Shown piece by piece: positions 1-9,213 of a stretch of 64,000 bases of DNA; position 1 is the stretch's first letter, and every line of letters starts with the position of its first letter. Location of the stretch: NCBI GenBank assembly GCA_033977065.1, contig JAXCHI010000003.1, forward strand, positions 96,001-160,000. Direction: 5' to 3'. Source of the stretch: Candidatus Algichlamydia australiensis. Lineage in GTDB: Bacteria > Chlamydiota > Chlamydiia > Chlamydiales > JAJFMI01. Below the pieces are notes generated by a model. The model had not been told where the DNA came from, searched no databases, and saw nothing but the letters and a program-made list of their open reading frames with translations. Position numbers and translations under genes: made by a program.

Positions 1-295
1 TTTCGACGGAAAACCGTGCAAAGCACTACTTCTTCCTCCTGCACCGCAATTTTTCAAAGCCAACCTGAAGCCATCGAGCGCATCGCGCGTTCATTCCCCA
101 CCCTCCACTTTGTTTCGGGAGGGGCCCCTTTCACGTCGCTTGCGCGGCTGTTTTATTTGTTTTGCAGAAAACTTTGCAAGGTCTAGACAGCTTTTTCAAT
201 CACATACAATCGCTTTACTTTTCACGTTTGGGATCCATTTTTATGCGAAGGCTTTCACGTTAAAAAGAATAGCAAAATTTTCTGATACGGAGCAC
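1..295. mobile_element. Partial copy (cut by window edge) of the ~405-bp non-coding miniature element B
   Basis: Near-identical reverse complement of ~53646-53941; ends in a degenerate terminal repeat TTTTCTGATACGGAGCAC. Confidence 0.85.
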
Positions 296-457
296 TTGCT
301 ACGAAACAAAAATTATGGAATCGCTTCCTGAAAATCTAAAAGAAAGCTTGCCAACAACTGAAGAAATAGAAGCTGAACTTTCTCAACAAAACATCAAATA
401 ACATTCTTTCTTTACAATATCTTTCTTATTTTTTAAACTGAGTGCCTGGAGGAATTT

Positions 458-1615
458 ATGTATAAAACAATTCAAGGTCTATTTTTGGTAGGTGCTTCAC
501 TTTTGTTCTCAGAACAAATTCAAGAAACACCAACAGTCAGCGAAGTTGCTGATAAAAACGCTTATTGCGATTGGCAAGGAAAAGTTGGTAGCGCTTCTCC
601 CTGTTCTGGATTCTTTTTAGATTTATCTTATCTCTACCTTAGATCCGAACTCGATGGACTTTCCTACGGCCAAACTTTTGCCGTAACACCCGCAACGGCA
701 ACCACACCGGGAAGCATCATCTCAGAAACGAAGGAGCTAGATTTTGATTGGGACTCTGGTTTCAATTTAGGATTAGGCTATATTTTTCCAAATAGAGAGC
801 AGTGGCAACTCTCCGGCTACTGGACGTATTTACATTCAGATGCAGAAAACAGTGCTAGCTCAGACGATATCTCAGAAGAGTTCATCGCACCACAGTGGGC
901 GCATTTTTCAACTGGCTCAGCAGCAGATAGAGCCTCTGCAGACTGGACCTTAAATTTTAACGTCATGGACATTGCCATAAGCCGCAACGCCTTTTTTGGA
1001 AAATGGCTTTCTATAGAACCTCGAATGGGGATTCGCGCAGCTTGGATCAACCAAGATTACAATGCTAACTACCGCGGACTCTTCAGCTTTACAACAGGAG
1101 GAGTCGCTACAAACCTATTTAAGGATACAAGTTTCAAAGCTGATCAAGAATATTGGGGTGTAGGAACCCGAATGGGAACGGGGCTTCAATGGCATCTCAC
1201 AGATAGCTTTTCCATCTCAGGAGGAGTATTTGCTTCCCTGGTTTACGGTGGATTTACAATCAACGAAACCATCGTTGGTGGTGTCATAGAAGACGTTGGT
1301 GCTGGCCCAGCACTTCTAGAGGAAGTTCATAAAATTCGAAAAGAGTTTAATGCCTTAAGAGCGGCCCTCGAAACAGAAATTGGAATTCGCTGGCAGCACT
1401 TTTTTCAAGATCGTTCAAGCAGACTTCTCATCGGTCTTTACTACCAGTTTAACAACTGGTTTGATCAAAATGAGATTTTCAATCCCGTATTTTCAAACGA
1501 CTCTTCCGCGATAAACATCAATTCAAACCGCAATGATCTTGCCTTTAACAGTATTTATAGTAATGGAAACTTGCAGATGCAGGGCTTACGTGCTCAAGTC
1601 CGCTACGATTTCTAA
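458..1615 (+). CDS. MOMP-like (Lpg1974-type) outer-membrane beta-barrel protein
   Basis: Signal peptide; YLYL..DGL and GFNLGLG motifs; alternating beta-strands; C-terminal GNLQMQGLRAQVRYDF; paralog of the genes at 37-42 kb. Confidence 0.85.
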   Translation: MYKTIQGLFLVGASLLFSEQIQETPTVSEVADKNAYCDWQGKVGSASPCSGFFLDLSYLYLRSELDGLSYGQTFAVTPATATTPGSIISETKELDFDWDSGFNLGLGYIFPNREQWQLSGYWTYLHSDAENSASSDDISEEFIAPQWAHFSTGSAADRASADWTLNFNVMDIAISRNAFFGKWLSIEPRMGIRAAWINQDYNANYRGLFSFTTGGVATNLFKDTSFKADQEYWGVGTRMGTGLQWHLTDSFSISGGVFASLVYGGFTINETIVGGVIEDVGAGPALLEEVHKIRKEFNALRAALETEIGIRWQHFFQDRSSRLLIGLYYQFNNWFDQNEIFNPVFSNDSSAININSNRNDLAFNSIYSNGNLQMQGLRAQVRYDF

Positions 1616-1640
1616 TAACTAGAAAAACGGTCAAAATAGC

Positions 1641-1676
1641 AATTAGCAAGGTGCAATCACCTTGCTAATTTTTTTT
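1641..1676 (+). terminator. Intrinsic terminator
   Basis: AATTAGCAAGGTG-caat-CACCTTGCTAATT followed by a T run, 25 nt after the OMP stop. Confidence 0.85.
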
Positions 1677-1713
1677 CTAACTTTCAAAAACTACAGGCTC
1701 TGAATTGCGACAA

Positions 1714-1871
1714 GTGCAACTTCGGAATATTTTTTAGAGATTTTGCGCCCAGATTTTTTCCTTTGACGCTGTGCGGAGGATGAAGCCAACTTAATAAAGT
1801 TGGCAAGACCGAGCGCGAAGTCAAAAGAGAAAACGTAGGTCAAAACATCAAAAAATATTGCGAAATTGCAC
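1714..1871. repeat. ~158-bp imperfect palindromic element
   Basis: GTGCAA..AATATTTTT..TTTGAC arms pair with GTCAAA..AAAAATATT..TTGCAC; central hairpin GCCAACTT-aata-AAGTTGGC. Confidence 0.75.
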
Positions 1872-1875
1872 GCTA

Positions 1876-2122
1876 GGCAGTACGAATAGTACGGTGGAGA
1901 TCTTCGTTGCCCTTCTCACAAGGAAATTTTGGTGGGAAAAGCGAGCAATTTTCATATTTCCGACGACGGCAGTACGAGTAGTACGGCGGAGACCTTCGTT
2001 GCCCTTCTCACAAGGAAATTTTGGTGGGAAAAGCGAGCAATTTTCATATTTCCGACGACGGCAGTACGAGTAGTACGGCGGAGGAGAAAAGATGAAAAGT
2101 GCGAAGCTTTTCACCCAAAATT

Positions 2123-2123
<1 letters not shown>
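1876..2123. repeat. 92-bp tandem repeat (2 copies plus partial) merging into a palindrome that abuts tRNA-Phe
   Basis: Units start at 1876, 1968 and 2060; AAATTTTGGTGGGAAAAGC pairs with GCTTTTCACCCAAAATTT. Confidence 0.85.
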
Positions 2124-2195
<72 letters not shown>

Positions 2196-2206
2196 ATTAA
2201 ATTCCA

Positions 2207-2235
2207 AATATAGCAGCCTGAGCACTTTCTGACAA
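2207..2235 (-). promoter_or_regulatory. Sigma70/66-type promoter of tRNA-Phe
   Basis: TTGTCA-N17-TATATT just upstream of the tRNA. Confidence 0.6.
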
Positions 2236-2374
2236 TTAGAAATCGCATTTGCCTTTCTTTGCTAACAATTTTTTACGAGGAATTTTAAAAATTTCTGTTA
2301 AATGTGAATAGTATTAGAATGCCCTTGTGGAAACGCTGAGTAAGTGCTTCCATACAAAAAACGGTGGTGAACAA

Positions 2375-5300
2375 ATGATGTCTATAAATTGCGATCAAAA
2401 GGTACAGGACCCAAGAGTTCTTAATCCATTTTACTCAGAAAAAAAAACTGCATTTTTAAAATACTTACTTCAATACCAAAATTATAATGCTAACTATACA
2501 AGTGAGGAAAATAAGTACCTTGGATACCCAAACCCTATTGCTACCCCATACAGGAGTCACCATTATAGCCGATTCGCTTCTAAGCAATTTGCCCAGGCTC
2601 TGCCATTTAAAATAAAAGTCCCCTTTTTAATTTGTAATAAAGGCGCTATTTCAACCCTTAAAACGCTCTATCCAAATATTTCTATTCCCTCAAAGAGTGA
2701 AGGTCTTCTTGCAAAAGTTGAGAAAACTTGGGTCGCTCACATAGTACCTGTTCCAGAGGATTGCCCTGAAAAAGCTAAGGAAACAGCTTGGGTCGCTCAC
2801 CTTGATGCAGCACTTAACGAAAAATATTGCCCTGAAAAAGCTAAGAAAATTTGGGTCGCTCATCTTGAGATAGTACTTGCTCCAGAGGATTGCCCTGAAA
2901 AAGCTAAGAAAACTTGGGTCTCTCACCATGATACAGCACTTAACGAAAAATATTGCCCTGAAAAAACCGTTCAAGAAGCTGTGCAAAAATTCTTTAAAGA
3001 CAAAATTTTTCAACAGTCAAGTCAAAAAAACAAGATACAGTGCATTGCGACAGTTGAAATTGGGAACGTTGATTTTTCTCTTCTTTTTTCTGGGGCGGTA
3101 AATAAGGGAAAAAGTGGCTATAAAATAAAGTTCCAAAAATTGAGCAAAATATTTGATTCTAGCGTCGGTTCTCTAATTTCAAATACTGGGACATTCCCCG
3201 ACCGGATGGCACTCATTGATTTTGCACCTACTCTACCTCCAAATACTTCTTCTGAAGATTTGGAACAAAATTTTGTTTCGACTCGATATTGGGAGAGTGA
3301 AATCCGCCGTATCCGCAACAAAACTTTTAATTTCCATCCGGGCTGTGACCTCCTAAGATCTGTAGTTTTAAAATGGCATGACACTTTTTTTAGCGATCCA
3401 AAAATCCTTCGCTTTGCCAAACCTCTTTTGTCAACTCAGGTTGCTCCCTTTATGGATGAGCAAGCAGACATTGTTCAGTGGGCAAAGGCATACCAAAATC
3501 TCTGTGAGATAGTGGTTTTTTGTCTGGACACTTATCCAGAAGAGCTTGAGCACTTACGCTATGAAAAAAAAGTAGAAACTCTCCTTTCTAAATTTAATGT
3601 GCATGCTAGTGTCGGTCTTTTCCCCTATGCAATGACGGGAATTTTTTACTTTTTAAATCATATTCTTTCAACACTCCCCAGGATTGAAAAAGACAATTTT
3701 TCTGCACTATATCTCGGTAGTAACTATTTTGAAACAGTCGAAATAATTAAAAAAATGGTTCATGCCAGAAACTTCGATTCGAGAGAAATTTCCCTAATTG
3801 AAAATATTGATAAAATTCCTAATATTCTCATTGCTGACATTCATCCCAATAACGCTGCAAGGGCCAGACTTGTTCAAAACAGTTTTTCTTCTTTATGCGC
3901 AGTCTTAGAAAAGAATAAAAAGAAGCAATTGACCCTTATTTTAGATGTCACTTTGAACCATTTAGAAGATCCTCTTCTCAACAAAACTCTTACTATGCTA
4001 CTTCCTTTTATACAGAGAGGACAACTCACAATTCTTGGTATACAAAGCTTGGCAAAACTCATGCAATTTGGAGCGGATAATTTCTCTGGAGGACTCGCTT
4101 TTTGTCTTACAAGTAATGAAAAATCAGAAGCTATGCCAAAATTCACTTCTTCGATAAAGAGAAAGAGTGCTTTTTTTGCTTTGACTCACGACCTTTTCAC
4201 TTCAGAATCAAGCCAATATATTGATCTAGTTCGCTATAATACTCTCTTTACCTACAAACACCTACAAAAACTTTTTCTAGAAATTCAACAACAAAACACT
4301 CATAAAAGACACCCCTTTTGTGCAGCGTATTTGATTCAAAATACTGATGAAAACACCGTTTATGTAGCTATCAATTTGTCTCTCTTATTGGAAGCTTTTT
4401 ATCCTGAAAAAAGCGAGCGTAGTAGAGAAAGATGTGTAAATAAACTTCGAGAGTTATTACTTGCCTATTCACAACATCACAAACTACACATCACAGGCCG
4501 CCAAAGCTTTGGCTTTACCCTTTCAAATATGAGCAGTGTATGCGAAGCGATTCGATTCTCCGTTGGAATAGAGTCTGAAGAAGAGCTGATTTCACAGTGC
4601 GAACTAATAGCAACTTTCATTGATGCTCTCACTAAATATCACTGCAAATATGTTGTTGACACACCAAGTCTTAACGATTTTGAGCAGAAATTCCGCAAAG
4701 CACTCAGCCTTACTTACGGAACTGATTCCTTCTCAAAAGAGTACAACTTTTACGAAGAGAGATGCGATATTGATGGAAACGACGAACTCTATCGCTTGGG
4801 AAAAAGTAGCGTCAAATGTGAAAAAAATCAGGTCATCCTAAATGCTGAAGAAGACGAGAGTGGTAAGCAACATACTCACCTCCTTAAGCTCTCTTCTTTT
4901 GAACTTTTACTATTTAATTTTTCCTTAGTAGCAAATAAAAATAATAGCTGTTGGATGGCACTAAATCATTATACCGACAACAAACTTGCTCTTTTCCCAG
5001 AAGATCTGCCTTACCTCTTTTGCAGTGATGCATCAAGTTTTGAACAGTATTCAAAATTAGAAATCCAATATAACCCACTCACAATTAATCAATTTACTGC
5101 TAACCAGCTCTATATCATCGATGAAGAGTTTGGTGAAAAGCCTGTTCAAGTAGGGATGTTAAACAAACAGTCTCAAAATCGGATTTTTACAAAAATTCAT
5201 CGTTATCACATATGGTTACAAAAGTATGAACAAAACAGTGTACTGATCCATTTTCATAAAAGAAAGGAATTCATTAACTATAGTGAAAAAATCGAGTCTT

Positions 5301-6220
5301 TACTAGCCAAAGACCTGGACAAAGATTTTACCCCACTTGTCGATTGGCTAAATTCCTTAGACTTCGATCATCTCCCTCTGGAGCATGACGCTACTTGGCG
5401 TCAACTGAGCAATCCCAAAAACACTTTGAAAAAATTTTTACACTTGATTGCGCATGAAATCACTCCTCAATTTCATAAATTTTGGGGTAAGATAAAAGAG
5501 GTCGAACAACTTGAATTAAAAGTTTCCTTTTTGAAGGGCGTTCTCTCTTATCTAATGAACGAAACAACCTCTCTTTCCGATGATACTGTCTCAAAAATCA
5601 AAGACGCTTTCTCACCTGTACCTTTTTTAAAATGGGAATGTATCACATCTCTTACTAGCTGGATTCTTGGTAAGAAGATAGAAAAACAACCGCTCTCGAC
5701 CTTTGAAACGCTATTTCCTCTGATAAAACATGCTTTTTGCTCTTTGGGGCACTTTGAATCGATTGCAAATGCCAAAAAATTAAAAGAAATTGCAGAGGCA
5801 AAAAAGCACTCTCCAATCAATGACTATTTTTTTGAATTAGAGGCGATTTGCTTAGAAAATACAGAGAATCTCACTTTTCTGCTTGAGCTTTTTATTCGTT
5901 ATCCATTTACTGAAGAGCAGAAAGCAAAACTTATTCAGAGAGTCAAAAGTTTAAATATAGAAAAAATCGATAAATGGCTGCAATCCCCCAATTTTTTCTT
6001 CCACGGAATAGGTCAAGACCGATTAGACCTCGGCCATTCAAACTTTCCTGAATATGAAACAATGTTTTATGAAAGTGAGCAGGGAGATATCAATACTTTC
6101 CTATCCCAAACCGGACTGCTAAACCGACTTTTTTATCTCGCCGAAAACGAGAATATGTCGCTTAAAAGATGGTATGAAATCACAGAACATCCCAGCATGC
6201 ATTTAGCTATGCCCTTGTAG
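2375..6220 (+). CDS. Large protein with a central Cys/Met-metabolism-like PLP (fold type I) domain and N-terminal repeats
   Basis: ORF 2327-6220, likely ATG at 2375; motifs LILDVTLN, QSLAKLMQFGADNFSGG, RQSFGF, IRFSVGIESEEEL. Confidence 0.7.
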   Translation: MMSINCDQKVQDPRVLNPFYSEKKTAFLKYLLQYQNYNANYTSEENKYLGYPNPIATPYRSHHYSRFASKQFAQALPFKIKVPFLICNKGAISTLKTLYPNISIPSKSEGLLAKVEKTWVAHIVPVPEDCPEKAKETAWVAHLDAALNEKYCPEKAKKIWVAHLEIVLAPEDCPEKAKKTWVSHHDTALNEKYCPEKTVQEAVQKFFKDKIFQQSSQKNKIQCIATVEIGNVDFSLLFSGAVNKGKSGYKIKFQKLSKIFDSSVGSLISNTGTFPDRMALIDFAPTLPPNTSSEDLEQNFVSTRYWESEIRRIRNKTFNFHPGCDLLRSVVLKWHDTFFSDPKILRFAKPLLSTQVAPFMDEQADIVQWAKAYQNLCEIVVFCLDTYPEELEHLRYEKKVETLLSKFNVHASVGLFPYAMTGIFYFLNHILSTLPRIEKDNFSALYLGSNYFETVEIIKKMVHARNFDSREISLIENIDKIPNILIADIHPNNAARARLVQNSFSSLCAVLEKNKKKQLTLILDVTLNHLEDPLLNKTLTMLLPFIQRGQLTILGIQSLAKLMQFGADNFSGGLAFCLTSNEKSEAMPKFTSSIKRKSAFFALTHDLFTSESSQYIDLVRYNTLFTYKHLQKLFLEIQQQNTHKRHPFCAAYLIQNTDENTVYVAINLSLLLEAFYPEKSERSRERCVNKLRELLLAYSQHHKLHITGRQSFGFTLSNMSSVCEAIRFSVGIESEEELISQCELIATFIDALTKYHCKYVVDTPSLNDFEQKFRKALSLTYGTDSFSKEYNFYEERCDIDGNDELYRLGKSSVKCEKNQVILNAEEDESGKQHTHLLKLSSFELLLFNFSLVANKNNSCWMALNHYTDNKLALFPEDLPYLFCSDASSFEQYSKLEIQYNPLTINQFTANQLYIIDEEFGEKPVQVGMLNKQSQNRIFTKIHRYHIWLQKYEQNSVLIHFHKRKEFINYSEKIESLLAKDLDKDFTPLVDWLNSLDFDHLPLEHDATWRQLSNPKNTLKKFLHLIAHEITPQFHKFWGKIKEVEQLELKVSFLKGVLSYLMNETTSLSDDTVSKIKDAFSPVPFLKWECITSLTSWILGKKIEKQPLSTFETLFPLIKHAFCSLGHFESIANAKKLKEIAEAKKHSPINDYFFELEAICLENTENLTFLLELFIRYPFTEEQKAKLIQRVKSLNIEKIDKWLQSPNFFFHGIGQDRLDLGHSNFPEYETMFYESEQGDINTFLSQTGLLNRLFYLAENENMSLKRWYEITEHPSMHLAMPL
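2713..2966 (+). repeat. In-frame coding tandem repeat (WVAH...CPEKAK) x4, ABAB pattern
   Basis: Recurrent TTGCCCTGAAAAAGCTAAG..TTGGGTCGCTCAC with alternating linkers. Confidence 0.85.
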
Positions 6221-8146
6221 CCAAATCATATCTTTAATGATATTAACAGACTCTGTCATTTGCAGATCCTCTTCACCAAAGGAGAGACCCCCTTCCTCAG
6301 ATTTGACTGGTTTGTATTCGGGATCGCTCATTTTAAGAAAGGCTTGGAAATTGGGGTCGGAAGCGAGGCGCTTGGCGCTATTTGCCTTAAGAGTCGGCAT
6401 CATTTTGTTCCAGCGCGTCTCTTTGATGAGATAAGGCACGGGCGAATTTTGCTTGAAGCCGTTGGCCTTTTGCTCTTGAGCAATTTGACTATCAAAGAGA
6501 GAAAAACCGAGATTACTATTAGAAACGGGATATTCTAAAAATCTTTCGCCAATGTTGTAGGGCGCATACATTGAGGGCACCACGATATCTGATTTGACCC
6601 CCTCAAGCTGATTTGAGCGTCCGGAGACCGTGTAAAAACGACCGACTGTTACGGTGTAATAGCGAGAAGCGCGCTCATCTGTAATTGTCTGATATTGCAT
6701 AGTTCCTTTTCCAAAAGAACGAGTATCTCCCACAATCGGAGCGCGGCCATAATCTTGAAGAGCTTGCGCAACAATTTCTGAAGCTGAAGCGGAGAGTTTC
6801 GAAGTGAGAACAACAACTGGCCCGTCGTAGAAGCTTCGACCATCTAAATCGCGAAAATAGCGCACTTCTCCATCCGCATATTTTGAAATCACAATCACTC
6901 CACGAGGAACAAAGTACCCTGCTATTTTTACAGCTTGAGTAAGAAACCCGCCTGAGTTTTCGCGCAAATCCAAAACCATCCCATAGACAGGACCCATAGC
7001 CTCAATCTCTTGCATCGCTTTTTTTAAATCATTTTCCGCTGTAAGCCCTTTTCCATTATCGTAGAAACCAGGAAGAGTAATTTTTGCAATGTAACCATTT
7101 GCAAAAGGCTCTACTGTATAGCTAAGCCGCTCCTGATCCATCGTGATTTTTTGGCGTTTAAGGCTTACATTGACAAGCTGGCTGTCTCGCTTCAAAGTAA
7201 GTTTTACACTTGTGCCTACAGGTCCCTGCATCTCTTTGAGAGCCTCCTCATAAAAAAGACCTTCAATGGAATGGTCATCAATCGCGACGATTAAATCTCC
7301 TTTTTGAACATTACCATGCTTCTCTGCTGGGCCGCCAAGAACAAGGTCTGTAACAATTACACCATTAAATGTCTCTTGAAGAACCACTCCAACCCCATGA
7401 AACTCTTTTTGAAGAGAGGTGCGGAGAGAAATCGCCTCATCAGGTGAAAAATAGAGTGAGTGGGCATCAAGACTTCTGACCATCGCCTTTAAAATATGCT
7501 GTGTGAGGTAGTGTTCATTAATTTTGCTGCCTTCGCTAATATACTGCGCTTCTCGGTGGCGAAGCTTTCCTTCGTAAAAAGCAAACGCCTTCTCTTTTAA
7601 AGGTGTATTCCAATGAGTAATCTCCTGCTGACGGCCAGCTCGATTGGCATAGCGAATAAGCTGCTCCTTTGCCCGCCTTTTAAGCTCTGCTTCATTCGAG
7701 GCGTAATTTACGTAAGCACGGGGGTAGTTTTTGTCTGCCGGCAAACCTTGCATAGAGACAAATTCTGCCTCTGTCTCTGCGCGGAGGCGGCGAGAGCGAG
7801 AAATTGCGTTATCAAAAAGCTCTGATAGAGCGACGTAAGAAGAAAAATTTCCTCTATTATATTCTGCAATAATCTGCTCCACTCTATTTGGTGAGAGCTC
7901 AAGATAGGGTTTTACTTCTGAGTTGAGAAGGTAGACACGATCAGGATCGAATTGCTCGATAAAAATTTTAAAAGAGCGCTGAACAACAAGAGGATCAAGA
8001 GATTTATGCTCAACATGATAAGTAAAAATCTCCTCCATTGTTCTCTTGACATCTGAGGTTTTAAGCGGTCCGGGATCTGCAACAAGCAGAGCTGGTAAAT
8101 AAATTAGTAGTACGATTTTATTAAATTTTCTAATTAACGATGTCAT
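6203..8146 (-). CDS. tsp: Tail-specific protease (S41, PDZ)
   Basis: PDZ GVGVVL; DLRENSGG; SASASEIVA; SFGKGTMQ; divergent from rpsL as in Chlamydia. Confidence 0.92.
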   Translation of the reverse strand: MTSLIRKFNKIVLLIYLPALLVADPGPLKTSDVKRTMEEIFTYHVEHKSLDPLVVQRSFKIFIEQFDPDRVYLLNSEVKPYLELSPNRVEQIIAEYNRGNFSSYVALSELFDNAISRSRRLRAETEAEFVSMQGLPADKNYPRAYVNYASNEAELKRRAKEQLIRYANRAGRQQEITHWNTPLKEKAFAFYEGKLRHREAQYISEGSKINEHYLTQHILKAMVRSLDAHSLYFSPDEAISLRTSLQKEFHGVGVVLQETFNGVIVTDLVLGGPAEKHGNVQKGDLIVAIDDHSIEGLFYEEALKEMQGPVGTSVKLTLKRDSQLVNVSLKRQKITMDQERLSYTVEPFANGYIAKITLPGFYDNGKGLTAENDLKKAMQEIEAMGPVYGMVLDLRENSGGFLTQAVKIAGYFVPRGVIVISKYADGEVRYFRDLDGRSFYDGPVVVLTSKLSASASEIVAQALQDYGRAPIVGDTRSFGKGTMQYQTITDERASRYYTVTVGRFYTVSGRSNQLEGVKSDIVVPSMYAPYNIGERFLEYPVSNSNLGFSLFDSQIAQEQKANGFKQNSPVPYLIKETRWNKMMPTLKANSAKRLASDPNFQAFLKMSDPEYKPVKSEEGGLSFGEEDLQMTESVNIIKDMIWLQGHS

Positions 8147-8343
8147 AAATATGCCGCTTTTATTAAAGTTCTAATTTAATAATAGGGACTTTTTTAAAAG
8201 TTGTAATCGGACGATTTTTCCTAGTTTGTTGCAAAAAGTTTGAAATAATTGGGGGGAAAAGCTATGATGCTTTAATGACGCTAGTGCTAACAGCTTCTAT
8301 TAGAGCCAGTTTTGCTAGTATGTATTTAATATTTGAGGAATGA

Positions 8344-8715
8344 ATGCCCACAACAAGTCAATTAATTCGGAATAAGCGCCGTTCAAAGGTGAAAAGAAGC
8401 AAGTCACCTGCGCTTTCAAAATGTTCGCAGCGCCGCGGCGTCTGCCTCCAGGTGAAGACAAAAACACCTAAAAAACCGAACTCCGCCCTCCGCAAGGTGG
8501 CATGGGTTCGCCTCTCTAACGGCCAGGAAGTCATCGCCTACATCGGCGGGGAAGGTCACAACTTACAAGAACACAGCATTGTGCTCGTCCGTGGCGGCCG
8601 TGTACCCGATCTACCAGGTGTGCGCTACCACGTTGTACGGGGCGCTCTCGACTGTGCCGCGGTCAAAGATCGCAAACAATCTCGATCCAAATACGGGGCT
8701 AAAAAGCCTAAATAA
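8344..8715 (+). CDS. rpsL: 30S ribosomal protein S12
   Basis: [23 protein letters not shown]. Confidence 0.99.
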   Translation: MPTTSQLIRNKRRSKVKRSKSPALSKCSQRRGVCLQVKTKTPKKPNSALRKVAWVRLSNGQEVIAYIGGEGHNLQEHSIVLVRGGRVPDLPGVRYHVVRGALDCAAVKDRKQSRSKYGAKKPK

Positions 8716-8727
8716 AAGGAATTAAGT

Positions 8728-9201
8728 ATGTCAAGAAGACGCCGTGCTCAAAAACGCCATATTGAAAATGACCCGCGCTACAACAGTTTGACTGTTGCCA
8801 AATTCATCAATCGCGTCATGCTCGATGGCAAAAAATCTGTTGCTCGCGAGCTCGTTTATGGGGCCATTGAAAAGTTCTCAAAAAAAATCAATGCCGAAGA
8901 TCCACTAGAAGCTTTTGAACAAGCTCTAGAAAATGCAAAGCCAACACTTGAAGTAAAATCTCGTCGTATTGGTGGAGCTACCTACCAGGTGCCTATTGAG
9001 ATCCCTGCCGACCGTCGCACATCGATGGCTATGAAATGGATCATCACCTTTTCACGCGATAAAGCGGGAAAATCAATGGTAGAGGGACTATCGCAAGAGC
9101 TTGCTGATTGTTTCAACAATCAAGGCGCTACTATCAAGAAAAAAGATGACACTCACCGCATGGCCGAAGCAAACAGAGCCTTTGCGCACTTCAAATTCTA
9201 G
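8728..9201 (+). CDS. rpsG: 30S ribosomal protein S7
   Basis: SRRIGGATYQVP; HRMAEANRAFAHF. Confidence 0.99.
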   Translation: MSRRRRAQKRHIENDPRYNSLTVAKFINRVMLDGKKSVARELVYGAIEKFSKKINAEDPLEAFEQALENAKPTLEVKSRRIGGATYQVPIEIPADRRTSMAMKWIITFSRDKAGKSMVEGLSQELADCFNNQGATIKKKDDTHRMAEANRAFAHFKF

Positions 9202-9213
9202 AGGAAAAGAAGC

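Noticed and set aside
1876..2090. Possible mini-CRISPR, or ORFs 1848-2225, 1858-2073 and 1929-2129
   Set aside because: The intervening sequences are identical (tandem duplication), and the ORFs run through repeats and the tRNA.
2713..2966. CRISPR-like pattern of ~37-nt repeats with 20-26-nt spacers
   Set aside because: Spacers repeat ABAB, all units keep the frame of a long ORF, and no cas genes are present; it is a coding repeat.
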